Source: Candidatus Enterousia sp.
GTDB lineage: Bacteria > Pseudomonadota > Alphaproteobacteria > Rs-D84
Direction: 5' to 3'
DNA: 64,000 bases
NCBI GenBank assembly: GCA_045635825.1
Contig: JAZTWM010000007.1
Coordinates: forward strand, 11,635-75,634
In this document: positions 20,658-30,513 of the stretch, in pieces
Layout of the letters: each line of letters starts with the position of its first letter
How positions within the stretch are numbered: position 1 is the first letter of the stretch
Notes under the pieces: model-generated
Database searches by the model: none
What the model was told of the DNA's origin: nothing
The model's input: the letters and a program-made list of their open reading frames with translations, nothing else
Translations under genes and position numbers: made by a program

Positions 20658-21218
20658 TTACTTTCCCTTTTGCCATTCTTGTCTCAATTTCGAATAAACT
20701 GCAATATCATGCACAATACCACCAGGTAACACTTCTGCCCGACGCAAAATACCATCCAAATTAAAGTTCAATCTTTCTGGAATTGCACGTGACGCCCTAT
20801 TTTCTGTGGCACATCGAATCTCTATGCGGTCCGCACCACCGACTTCAAACGCTAAATCCTGAACCCGTTCTACTGCACGTGTCATAATACCACGCCCATT
20901 GGCATTTTTGTCCAACCAATAACCAATTTCAACCGTACGGTTTGCCTTATCTTCACGCACAGTACCAACCATCCCACGCAAACGCATATTTTCATACAAC
21001 AAATACTTGTTCGTATCTGCACGCGCCAACATCTTAGCCACTTCAAATTCATCCTCTGGCGAACGAACAAAATCAACCCATCCCAACCAAGGACGAAAAA
21101 AATCACGATTCTTATTCACAACATCATATAAATCACGTGCAACATCAAAAGATGCCGATGGCTTGTACATATCAAATTCAAAATCAAAATCTGCAATCCG
21201 CTTTGGATAATCCGGCAT
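20658..21218 (-). CDS. GNAT acetyltransferase (RimL-like)
   Basis: EIGYWL, GRGIMT, NRASRAIPERL; AAGGA RBS before MPDYP. Confidence 0.88.
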   Translation of the reverse strand: MPDYPKRIADFDFEFDMYKPSASFDVARDLYDVVNKNRDFFRPWLGWVDFVRSPEDEFEVAKMLARADTNKYLLYENMRLRGMVGTVREDKANRTVEIGYWLDKNANGRGIMTRAVERVQDLAFEVGGADRIEIRCATENRASRAIPERLNFNLDGILRRAEVLPGGIVHDIAVYSKLRQEWQKGK

Positions 21219-21231
21219 ATCTATATATTCC

Positions 21232-21260
21232 TTGTATTTTATAAAACACAATTCTATACT
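21232..21260 (+). promoter_or_regulatory. Sigma70 promoter of trmB, probably leaderless
   Basis: TTGTAT-N17-TATACT-N6-ATG with no SD. Confidence 0.6.
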
Positions 21261-21266
21261 AAAACT

Positions 21267-21890
21267 ATGGAAAAACAAGAAATAAGAACATTTGGCCGTC
21301 GACACGGCAAAAAATTATCAATTCGCCAACAAACATTGATTGACGAATTGTTGCCAACACTAAAACCAACCACAGGACATATATTAGAAATCGGCTTTGG
21401 GGCGGGCGAACACGTACGTGATTTGGCACGAAACAATCCCGACAAAATCATTATTGGTGCCGAACCATTTATGAACGGCGTGGCATCCTTGCTATCTGCA
21501 ATAACAGACGAAAAAACGAATCGGGTTCTGGATGAATATAATGGCATTCGCATTTGGGCAGATGACGTACGTGATTTTTTACGTCAAACCGATTCGAAAT
21601 TTGAACAAATCTGGGTATTGCATCCCGACCCATGGCCCAAGGCCAGACATGAAAAACGCCGTTTATTATCTGCTGATTTTTTAAAAACATTATCAAAAAA
21701 CTTATCCACCGATGGCGAAATAATAATCGGCACAGATCATTGGGAATATTTTGACTGGATTTTAGAACAAGTACGGTCCACAAATCTTATAGCCACAATT
21801 CCAAATATGGAAATTATCCAAACACGATACCAACATAAAAACAAAGCCGGAACAACAGAACCAAAATATCTTGTTCTTAGAAACTCATAA
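21267..21890 (+). CDS. trmB: tRNA (guanine-N7)-methyltransferase
   Basis: RTFGRR, LEIGFGAGEH, HPDPWPKARHEKRRL. Confidence 0.93.
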   Translation: MEKQEIRTFGRRHGKKLSIRQQTLIDELLPTLKPTTGHILEIGFGAGEHVRDLARNNPDKIIIGAEPFMNGVASLLSAITDEKTNRVLDEYNGIRIWADDVRDFLRQTDSKFEQIWVLHPDPWPKARHEKRRLLSADFLKTLSKNLSTDGEIIIGTDHWEYFDWILEQVRSTNLIATIPNMEIIQTRYQHKNKAGTTEPKYLVLRNS

Positions 21891-22551
21891 AAACCCTTGT
21901 GCGTTCTACTAATTCAGGACGCATATTTTTTATCATACGTAAAACTTGCTCTATACGCATGAAATTCTGGCCAAAAACCAAATGAACATCAAAGTTATTT
22001 GACGCATCCCACGCATTCAACATCGCAAAAACTTGCCCCACAATCATAGAATCCTTGCCCGTATCTTGTGGCAATACGAACGCAACCGCAGACGCATTTA
22101 TCTTACGTAAGTTCGCATACAATTTTTCCCAATCAAATGGTCCAACACCTAAAATATCCAATCCAATAACCAAGTCTTTATTAAAGAATAAATCGTCACG
22201 AACAACATATGTTTGTTCAACTAACTCTGTCAGTGATTCCACATCTACAAACACCTGGGCCCCATGTGCCCCACGTCGCAACGCATCATTAATACGCATT
22301 GTCAAATCTGACAGCTGTTTCTCAACTATTTGTTTATCCTCCATATAAAAACGTGCCAGAATCTTTACATCATGTTGTTCCAGCCATGGCCATATAACAG
22401 GTACCGCAGAAGGCACCACAGATACAATACTTAATCCCTGCCCTATAAGATTTTCTGTCGCCCGTGCCAAATCACCCGCCTCTAAATCAGCAGGACACCA
22501 CATGGCTGCAACCTCTGCAAAAGAATCAAAAATAACACTTTCATCCATCAT
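21877..22551 (-). CDS. Hypothetical protein with degenerate DeoC-like aldolase barrel
   Basis: IVSVVPSAVP...LEQHDVKIL...DALRRGAHGAQVFV parallels the DeoC N-terminal half. Confidence 0.55.
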   Translation of the reverse strand: MMDESVIFDSFAEVAAMWCPADLEAGDLARATENLIGQGLSIVSVVPSAVPVIWPWLEQHDVKILARFYMEDKQIVEKQLSDLTMRINDALRRGAHGAQVFVDVESLTELVEQTYVVRDDLFFNKDLVIGLDILGVGPFDWEKLYANLRKINASAVAFVLPQDTGKDSMIVGQVFAMLNAWDASNNFDVHLVFGQNFMRIEQVLRMIKNMRPELVERTRVFMSF

Positions 22552-22595
22552 AACGCTTTATACTTTATCACAAATATGGTACAATTATAATCACA

Positions 22596-23522
22596 ATGAG
22601 AGATAAATTAGACAATATTTTACTATCCACATTATGGGTGGTTGTTGCAACCCTGGGCACATGCTTCTGGTTCAACATTCGATTCGGCTTTAATCTATTT
22701 TCTGGGGCACATTGGCGTCACCTGGCGTATATGCAGGCCACACAGGCACCGGTACAAACATCATTCTATTTATCCCTGGTATTGGCCGTTATTGTTACAA
22801 TCGGCGGACTTTATGTATTAAACAAACCACGTGCCACCACAAACAAGACAGAAAACAAGCAAAACGCCACTACACCATTGGCCACACAAAACACACCAAC
22901 ACAACATCTGGAAACCAACACCGCTCAAACAGAACAGCCAACACCGCCACAACCACAAAACACACAACAAAACGACGACCAATTAACACCACCCACAACC
23001 CCCACACAAATTATACCAGAATCCATGTTATCACGCCCTGCACGCCTGAACCTGCCAACAAATACGACATGGAAACTGCCATCTGAACAGGCAGGCGCCC
23101 CCATCCAACAAAACTGGCCTGAATTACGTGATATTTTTGAATCTGCAGATTACACAACCAAGGAAACACCCAGAATTGGGAATGTTAAAATTGCATTATT
23201 GGCCATTGGCGCCAATGAAACACTGTGGCTTGGCGCTGTTGGCATTTCTACAGAAGCAATGCAAAACGCTGTCACGACAATACACGACATCTTCCTGGAC
23301 ACACTAGAAGATATCGAAATCGACATCCATGCATTTGTCGTTTCTGCCACAGACGCATCTGCACCAAAGGTTCCAGGAATATTAACATTTGACACACCGG
23401 ACGCCCTGCGTCAATATATGAACGAACACAAAAATCCACAATTGGACGAAGATGAACGTGAAAACTTCGAAGCATTTTCGGCCTATATATCAACTGTTGT
23501 TGATTACCTAGGGAAAAATTAA
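22596..23522 (+). CDS. Membrane protein with 2 TMs, Q/T/P linker and C-terminal alpha/beta domain
   Basis: Two N-terminal hydrophobic helices, low-complexity linker; first gene of an operon. Confidence 0.75.
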   Translation: MRDKLDNILLSTLWVVVATLGTCFWFNIRFGFNLFSGAHWRHLAYMQATQAPVQTSFYLSLVLAVIVTIGGLYVLNKPRATTNKTENKQNATTPLATQNTPTQHLETNTAQTEQPTPPQPQNTQQNDDQLTPPTTPTQIIPESMLSRPARLNLPTNTTWKLPSEQAGAPIQQNWPELRDIFESADYTTKETPRIGNVKIALLAIGANETLWLGAVGISTEAMQNAVTTIHDIFLDTLEDIEIDIHAFVVSATDASAPKVPGILTFDTPDALRQYMNEHKNPQLDEDERENFEAFSAYISTVVDYLGKN

Positions 23523-24025
23523 TGCAACTGAACCAAGGCACCGCAGAAAAAAAAATAGCAGATTTGGGCATGTCTGATTTGCCATTGATTGAATTTACCC
23601 CACGCCCACATAAAATCGCACCAGATTGGTTCGCACGCTATAAAGACCTGTGCAAACAATTCATGTTATCTTTGACCGATTCAGTTGAAACATTGGCTTT
23701 TATGAACCTGACCCAGGACGAATTTATGAATATTATTATGGGCCATGCCTTGCCACAAAACATATCCATTCGTTTTCGCATTCCACTTGCATGGGGGGGG
23801 GAACTGGACATCAATAATATGTTCATGTGTTGGACATTCCCACACGCATATAACATGGACCGATTTATAATCAGCCAATCAGGCAACAAAACAGTATGGC
23901 TACCCAACCCATCAAAAAAAATATATCTACCTGCACATACCGCTGGTGGTGGTGACGGTGGAAACGCAACCGAAGACAGATTGGCACAAATGGGTGCACA
24001 ATTGGCTGGCGGACGCGATATGTAA
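23522..24025 (+). CDS. Degenerate HNH-toxin-like protein
   Basis: GHALPQNISIRFRIPLAWGGELDINNMFMC..PH parallels G.P.GYQVHH..PL..GG.N...NL; TAATG coupling to the upstream gene. Confidence 0.6.
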   Translation: MQLNQGTAEKKIADLGMSDLPLIEFTPRPHKIAPDWFARYKDLCKQFMLSLTDSVETLAFMNLTQDEFMNIIMGHALPQNISIRFRIPLAWGGELDINNMFMCWTFPHAYNMDRFIISQSGNKTVWLPNPSKKIYLPAHTAGGGDGGNATEDRLAQMGAQLAGGRDM

Positions 24026-24048
24026 CAGATACCAAGGACCCGTCTATT

Positions 24049-24483
24049 ATGACAGCAAGTGAGTTTATATCTGCAATGAAATCTCGTGGGGCGATAACTT
24101 TCGCACCCATCACACAAAATCAAATTGCATTAACCAGTACGGCACTGCAACAAAGACGTCGTGCAATGTTACCCGCATTTTTGAACGAAATATACAGCAT
24201 AACTGGTGCAATAAATCTGGGCAATGGATATATTTTTGGTCCAAACGAAATCCCCCAAGGCATCCGTTACCCTGTACCAACAATTCTGCAAATCAATGAT
24301 GACATGTCGTCAATACCACAAATAATGGGCAAAACCATATTTGGTCGCAATGACTTGTTTTGGTTTGCATTCGACGCATTTGGCATATGTTATATGCTAG
24401 ACAATTTAACATTAACCCCATTACGCAAATACGATGATCCATATCGGGCAATGACAGATTGTTTAATCGCAGGGAAATTTTAA
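24049..24483 (+). CDS. SUKH/SMI1-KNR4-like protein
   Basis: LPAFLNEIYSITGAI...YIFG...IFGRNDLFWFAFD pattern. Confidence 0.55.
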   Translation: MTASEFISAMKSRGAITFAPITQNQIALTSTALQQRRRAMLPAFLNEIYSITGAINLGNGYIFGPNEIPQGIRYPVPTILQINDDMSSIPQIMGKTIFGRNDLFWFAFDAFGICYMLDNLTLTPLRKYDDPYRAMTDCLIAGKF

Positions 24484-24485
24484 AT

Positions 24486-24704
24486 ATGAAAAAAATATCT
24501 GTATCTTTATCAGGGCATCAAACCAGCATAACATTAGAGCCAGAGTTTATTGACGCATTACACGCCCTATCTATTCGTGCAGGCAAACCTGTCGCAACAA
24601 TAATCAATGAAATTGACCAAACACGCCCCCAGGGAACCAATCTGTCATCTGCGATACGTGTTTGGATATTAAATCAAATGATTTTACGCATTGCCGAAAA
24701 ATAA
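24486..24704 (+). CDS. Ribbon-helix-helix protein (RHH_4-like)
   Basis: KKISVSLSGHQTSITLEPEF...NLSSAIRVWIL. Confidence 0.88.
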   Translation: MKKISVSLSGHQTSITLEPEFIDALHALSIRAGKPVATIINEIDQTRPQGTNLSSAIRVWILNQMILRIAEK

Positions 24705-24708
24705 AACA

Positions 24709-26706
24709 TTATTTTTCCTTGCCAAACGCAACCAATCCCACAATTGAAACCAACAAAATGATTATCATCCAATAATTTAAGCCAATAACACGATATGGTG
24801 TCATATGGGCACCAAATACCATGCCATCTAATACACCACTTTCACCAACAGGCAAACTGGACATAATAGAACCATCTGGCGATACAAACGCACTTATACC
24901 CGAATAATTCGCCCTTATAACAGGCAAACCTGATTCTATGGCATATCTACGCACCATATCTAAATGCTGATACACACCTGGCGTATTTCCAAACCACGTA
25001 TCATTTGTAATATTTACTATTGCGAACAATCCACCCGCATCATCTGGCACCAATGAATCCGAGAAAACAACCTCATAACAAATCGCAGGTGCAAATACAA
25101 AGCCTTCTACATCAATAATTTCTGCACCATTACCAGGTGTCAAATCAATAGACGCCGGTAAAAACCCAAGTGGTCTATACTCACCAAATGGCACCAAATG
25201 CGACTTGCTATAAATCTGCTGAATTTCACCATTTGCCCTGGCTATAACCATTGAATTAAAAATATTTCCTGCATCAATCGTGTTCGCACCAGCAATCACA
25301 GGACGCCCCAACATTTGTGCAATATCTAACCTATCACCTGGCCTTAAGGCAAATGGATATGCGGTCTCTGGAAAAATTACAATATCTGGATCACCAGGTG
25401 ACATTGCCAATGCCATCATATGCCGAACATTACGTTCTGCATTTTCTAATACCTGTGCACGACTGTGTGTTGCCTTTTGTGATTGGGAAACCGCCGGCTG
25501 AACAATACGCACAATTGGCATTTCGCCTTCTACACCCGTATCCGCATATTTCATATTTACATACCCCACCGCAGCACTTGCACACAACAGCAAGAAAGCA
25601 AACACAAACGCGCCCCATGCCCCAACAGATTTTCGATTTCTTAACACCTCAACCACACTGGAAATAATCGCAACAATAATAAAACTCAATCCCAACGCCC
25701 CACACAAAGCCATTGAGTTTGCAATCACAGGCATTGGCATTGTGATATTAGCAATTGGATTCCATGGGAATCCCGTAAACATCCATTCACGAGCCCATAA
25801 GACCAATGTCCAAACACATGCGAACAAAATAACACGCCCAAAAGGATTTAATCGCTTTTGCGAAATCGCAACAAATGGCCAAGAAAAAATAACTGCACCT
25901 GCTATCGCCAACCCCAGTACACCTGGTACGGTCCAAACTGCAAACTGGGCTGTTAATTCTGGAACAACATATATAGAATGCAAAACCCACCAAAACATTG
26001 CCACAGAATATGCCGCCCCAAATGGTGCAACACGTAACAACGACCGCCAGAAACCACCAATATTTTTATTACGCACTGTCAACCAATATGCCCCGCCAAC
26101 ACCCAACAATGTCCACCACCATTGATAGAACGGTGCAAAACCAAAACTCGCAACCCCACCAAACACAGCGTATAGCACATATTGCAACCACGAGTTTTCA
26201 CGAACCCTAAACCCAGACAACAAGGATATAATACGTCCCCCCGGACAACATTGTCCCCCAGAACAGGCATCACACACCACATCATCATATGGATTTTTTA
26301 TCCCCATCTTTTTCAAGATTTTTATTTCCTTCATTTCCATAACAATAGCCTGTTCATCATCAATATGGTCATATCCCAACAAATGCAACACACCATGTAC
26401 AACCATATGTGCGATATGATCTGATACAGATATGTTTGCATCACGTGCCTCACGCAATACTGTATCCAACGATATATAAATATCCCCCAACAAAACATCA
26501 TCACCCAATTCAAACGACAAAACATTTGTTGGCTTATCCATACCACGATAAGTCTTATTGATTTCATGAATTTCGGTATCATCAACTAATACTATAGACA
26601 CTTCGGCATTTTTATATTTTGCACCGACAACCGCATTTACGATTTTTTTAAAATCTATCTTATATTTACCCCAACGTCTGTCATGTATATCAACATAAAC
26701 TTTCAT
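24709..26706 (-). CDS. YbeY endoribonuclease - apolipoprotein N-acyltransferase (Lnt) fusion
   Basis: N-term DKPTNVLSF and HMVVHGVLHLLGYDH; C-term GFPWN, FPETA, KSHLVPFGE, ICYE, TNDTWFG in one ORF. Confidence 0.9.
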   Translation of the reverse strand: MKVYVDIHDRRWGKYKIDFKKIVNAVVGAKYKNAEVSIVLVDDTEIHEINKTYRGMDKPTNVLSFELGDDVLLGDIYISLDTVLREARDANISVSDHIAHMVVHGVLHLLGYDHIDDEQAIVMEMKEIKILKKMGIKNPYDDVVCDACSGGQCCPGGRIISLLSGFRVRENSWLQYVLYAVFGGVASFGFAPFYQWWWTLLGVGGAYWLTVRNKNIGGFWRSLLRVAPFGAAYSVAMFWWVLHSIYVVPELTAQFAVWTVPGVLGLAIAGAVIFSWPFVAISQKRLNPFGRVILFACVWTLVLWAREWMFTGFPWNPIANITMPMPVIANSMALCGALGLSFIIVAIISSVVEVLRNRKSVGAWGAFVFAFLLLCASAAVGYVNMKYADTGVEGEMPIVRIVQPAVSQSQKATHSRAQVLENAERNVRHMMALAMSPGDPDIVIFPETAYPFALRPGDRLDIAQMLGRPVIAGANTIDAGNIFNSMVIARANGEIQQIYSKSHLVPFGEYRPLGFLPASIDLTPGNGAEIIDVEGFVFAPAICYEVVFSDSLVPDDAGGLFAIVNITNDTWFGNTPGVYQHLDMVRRYAIESGLPVIRANYSGISAFVSPDGSIMSSLPVGESGVLDGMVFGAHMTPYRVIGLNYWMIIILLVSIVGLVAFGKEK

Positions 26707-26736
26707 ATCCTGTATCGCCTTTTGTTATTTTTACTC

Positions 26737-28746
26737 TTATGCCATATTTCCCTTATATTCTTGCCCATACAGCAATAAATCCTTTCTGGCATTTTTCTGT
26801 CGAATCTGTCTGGTTCCAGAATTAAAAGCAACTTTTTTATTACCACGTCCCTGCATTTTTTCTGTCACGCGTGTAACATCTTTCTGTACACGTCGATTTC
26901 CATTTGCCAAAGCCAACTTATAATTCGCCAACGCCTTTTCCAAGTTACCCAATTGTTCATAAGCAAAACCTGCATTATATAACGCTGCCCCATACTGCGA
27001 TTTATCACCAATTCGTCTGACAATTTCGCGTGCTTGAACAATCGCCTCTTCATACATCCCCAACTTATTGTATGTGGCCGCCAAATCATTACGTAACAAA
27101 GCATTATCAGGATATTCTTTTATCATATCTTGATATTTCTGGGCGGCTGCCTCGTAATCACCTGCTTTATAACTACCAATTGCATCGGCATACAACTGCT
27201 CATACCCAATAACATAGGTCTTAATTGCAGGCTGTCCTATATCTTGATTTTCAACGACCCCCTGCAACGCATTAAACGAAATAACAGGTTTACCAATTTC
27301 ACATTTTCCCTCAAAACATTGTCTTGCTATATCATCTGGCAAATAATCGGACACAGGTTTCCATTTTGCCCCAACAAGCGGATTGCCTTTCTTATCAACT
27401 GGATTTTCCAACCATTGATTAAACTTATTTAACGTTTCATCGTTTGCTACACGTTTGCCATCCTTATCAATGAACCAGTTTTCACGCTCTTCACCAACAA
27501 TCTTATAAAACTCATACAATCCACCAACAGGCACTTTCAAGAAAACCTCTGGTTTAATATTCCCCTTCATAACCTGTGCTTCCAACCAACGTCGCCATCT
27601 CAGCCCATTTCCACCCTTTAAAAAGTTCCCCAGCGAATCAGCAACATCTGCGTTACTACCACCATTCAGCCACGCCTTACCAACCGAAGTTAAATGCTCT
27701 ACTGGATACTTTGCAAACACCGCACGAACCTGATCTGCTGTAATTGCATTACCATACTGCTGACGTAGCCTGTCCAATTCAGCAAAACGTTCTTGATAAT
27801 TTCGATTCCGTTTTCCATTAACAAACGGCATTTCTATTAAATCAGTCCCCAGATTATATGTCGAAGCCGACAAAGCAATTAACTCGTTAGCACGGTCAAT
27901 ATCTACATCATTATACATCACATCATAGCACCACAATCTAAACAAGGTTTCATGTTCCATGATATGCCAACACGATAATTCATATGCCTCTCTGTCTGTA
28001 ATCGCTGGTGTTTTAGCAGTAACTCTGTTTTCACCACCTTTCAAAACTGTTGACCCAAACCCAATCGTCCAAACACCCTGTCCATCTCGATACGGCACAT
28101 GCTTTCCCTGTTCATTAACTCGCACCCCTTCTTTTGCGATTAAATCTGCCACCAAATATGGCATCGCCCCCTGCATTCTATCTAAGTATTCTGCAAATGT
28201 TTTTGCCTCTGCCATTTTAGGTTCTACATTTTCTATTTTTTTTCTTTTGTCTTTTTTTTCATCAACAAAACCATCAATCGCAGTTGTTCCACCAAACGTT
28301 ACCCCAAACAGCAATAAATAATACAGCAAATACGATGCTAAAACAGGATGATTCTTAGCAGACTTTTTCGCCGCAGTATTTACCTTTGAATACCATTTAT
28401 CTTTTGGCTTTTTTATCTCTTGATTTCTAAAAGTATTTTCCAAACCACGCAACGCAGTGTTATCCAAAAACAAGGCATTTAACAATCGTGTCAGCATTTC
28501 TGCCATCCACAGTGTCACAACACCCGACCACTTGACACCAGTCAAACTATTTTCCTTCAACCACGTTCTAACCTTCTTGGCATCAAACTTGCCATCTGTC
28601 CGCAATTCTCGCCAATGTGCAGTATCCGCAATTTCCCAATCTGAAATCTTTTCACGTCCCTTATGCATGACCTTGACCAACTTTCTAGGCCCCTGACCAA
28701 TTTTTTCAGCGAATGTCTTATCTGTATTATTTTTCTTTGCTGGCAT
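26737..28746 (-). CDS. Membrane-anchored GH24 lysozyme with C-terminal TPRs
   Basis: KEG...YRDGQGVWTIGFG, GLRWRRWLE; TM LASYLLYYLLLFGV; TPR repeats; GGAGG RBS. Confidence 0.75.
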   Translation of the reverse strand: MPAKKNNTDKTFAEKIGQGPRKLVKVMHKGREKISDWEIADTAHWRELRTDGKFDAKKVRTWLKENSLTGVKWSGVVTLWMAEMLTRLLNALFLDNTALRGLENTFRNQEIKKPKDKWYSKVNTAAKKSAKNHPVLASYLLYYLLLFGVTFGGTTAIDGFVDEKKDKRKKIENVEPKMAEAKTFAEYLDRMQGAMPYLVADLIAKEGVRVNEQGKHVPYRDGQGVWTIGFGSTVLKGGENRVTAKTPAITDREAYELSCWHIMEHETLFRLWCYDVMYNDVDIDRANELIALSASTYNLGTDLIEMPFVNGKRNRNYQERFAELDRLRQQYGNAITADQVRAVFAKYPVEHLTSVGKAWLNGGSNADVADSLGNFLKGGNGLRWRRWLEAQVMKGNIKPEVFLKVPVGGLYEFYKIVGEERENWFIDKDGKRVANDETLNKFNQWLENPVDKKGNPLVGAKWKPVSDYLPDDIARQCFEGKCEIGKPVISFNALQGVVENQDIGQPAIKTYVIGYEQLYADAIGSYKAGDYEAAAQKYQDMIKEYPDNALLRNDLAATYNKLGMYEEAIVQAREIVRRIGDKSQYGAALYNAGFAYEQLGNLEKALANYKLALANGNRRVQKDVTRVTEKMQGRGNKKVAFNSGTRQIRQKNARKDLLLYGQEYKGNMA

Positions 28747-28747
28747 T

Positions 28748-29104
28748 TTACTTCCTCCCCAAACCAGATTTCTTGGCAATCTTTGACCGTTTTCGTGCGT
28801 ATGCAGGTGCAACAAACGGATAATCATCTGGCAGTCCCCACTTTTCACGATATTGCTGTGGCGTTAAATTAAAACGCCTTTTTATATATCTACGTAACAT
28901 AACATGCCACGTACCATCTTCCAAGCATTGGATTTTATCTGGCATAACCGAATCTTCAATCTGTTGCGGGGTAACCGATGTCCCACGCAAAATCTCACGT
29001 GCACGTGCAACCGCATCTTCCATACTTAATGCTGGATTTGCAGATATAGCCGCCGCCGCTAGGTTTGCCACTGCCAATGTAAAATCAGAATTTTTATTTA
29101 CCAA
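28748..29104 (-). CDS. mucR: MucR/Ros family regulator (probable TTG start)
   Basis: IQCLEDG...LTPQQYREKWGLPDDYPFVAPAYARKRS; AAAGGA upstream of TTG at 29104. Confidence 0.85.
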   Translation of the reverse strand: MVNKNSDFTLAVANLAAAAISANPALSMEDAVARAREILRGTSVTPQQIEDSVMPDKIQCLEDGTWHVMLRRYIKRRFNLTPQQYREKWGLPDDYPFVAPAYARKRSKIAKKSGLGRK

Positions 29105-29174
29105 CTTGCCAATTCCTTTATAATCTAATACAATAATTATATCACAAATAAAGACTAAATAAAAGCCAAGTAAA

Positions 29175-30446
29175 ATGACACGACCACTTGCCGATTTAAT
29201 GCGTCCAAATACCATCGAAGATGTTGTCGGGCAAACCACATTGTTGGGGGAAAACGGCCTGGTCCGCCGTATGGTTGACAATCAAAAACTATCTAATCTA
29301 ATTTTATGGGGGCCACCTGGATGCGGAAAAACAACAATTGCACGTGCATTGGCCAATTCTGTCGACATGGATTTTGTTCCAATGTCTGCTGTTTTTTCTG
29401 GTACTGCTGATATAAAAAAGGCAATGGATACAGCACGTATGGTACGTGACATCGGTCGCAGCACCCTGCTCTTTATCGACGAAATTCATCGTTTTAATAA
29501 AACACAACAAGATACATTATTACCATACCTAGAAGACGGTACTGTTGTATTTATTGGTGCAACCACTGAAAACCCCAGTTTTAATTTGAACAACGCATTA
29601 TTATCACGTTGCCATATCGGTGTATTACAACCATTATCAACCGAAAACCTGATTACATTGATAACACGTGCAGAAGAATATACAAACAAAAAATTACCAC
29701 TGGATGAAAATGCACGTATACATTTGGCACAAATGGCAGACGGTGACGCACGCTTTTTATTAAACACAGTTGAATATTTATTTAATGCAAACTTTACAGA
29801 ACTTTTAACACCGGACACCTTGGTTTCTGCCGTACACAAGCGACCACCATTATCTGACAAAGGCGGTGACGAACATTATAATTTAATATCTGCCGTACAC
29901 AAATCACTACGTGCCAGTGATACAGATGCCGCATTATATTGGACGGCCCGTATGATGACATCCGGCCAGGACCCTGCCTATATATTTCGCCGTCTAACCA
30001 GATTTGCTGTCGAAGATGTTGGACTTGCCGACCCGAACGCATTACAAATCGCAATCGCCGCCTGGCAGGCATATGAAAGACTGGGCAGTCCAGAGGGGGA
30101 TTTAGCCCTGACCCAACTGGTAATATATCTAGGAACCGCCCCAAAAAGTGTTGGCAATTACAAGGCACAAAAATCTGCATACGCTTTGGCCCGACAAACA
30201 GGCAGCATTCCACCACCTAAAAACATTTTGAATGCCCCAACAAAAATGATGAAGGACCTGGGATATAATGCGGGCTATATCTATGACCCAGATACTGCAA
30301 ATGGTTTTTCTGGACAAAACTGTTTCCCAGAATCCATGGGGCGTCAAAAGTTTTATTATCCCATTGAGCGTGGTTTTGAACGTGAAATAAAAAAACGTTT
30401 AGAATATTGGGATTCATTACGTGATAAAATAAATAAGAAAGATTAA
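29175..30446 (+). CDS. rarA: Replication-associated recombination protein A
   Basis: PLADLMRP, GPPGCGKT, FIDEIHRFNK, GATTENP, SAVHKSLR, EDVGLAD. Confidence 0.95.
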   Translation: MTRPLADLMRPNTIEDVVGQTTLLGENGLVRRMVDNQKLSNLILWGPPGCGKTTIARALANSVDMDFVPMSAVFSGTADIKKAMDTARMVRDIGRSTLLFIDEIHRFNKTQQDTLLPYLEDGTVVFIGATTENPSFNLNNALLSRCHIGVLQPLSTENLITLITRAEEYTNKKLPLDENARIHLAQMADGDARFLLNTVEYLFNANFTELLTPDTLVSAVHKRPPLSDKGGDEHYNLISAVHKSLRASDTDAALYWTARMMTSGQDPAYIFRRLTRFAVEDVGLADPNALQIAIAAWQAYERLGSPEGDLALTQLVIYLGTAPKSVGNYKAQKSAYALARQTGSIPPPKNILNAPTKMMKDLGYNAGYIYDPDTANGFSGQNCFPESMGRQKFYYPIERGFEREIKKRLEYWDSLRDKINKKD

Positions 30447-30513
30447 AAAATACCATCTCAACAACATATTTTGTATATTGAGATGGCATCACCAAACATT
30501 TTCTTGCAAAGAT

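Noticed and set aside
26737-28746. Prophage remnant around the lysozyme
   Set aside because: No holin, structural or replication genes; the flanks are mucR and ybeY-lnt
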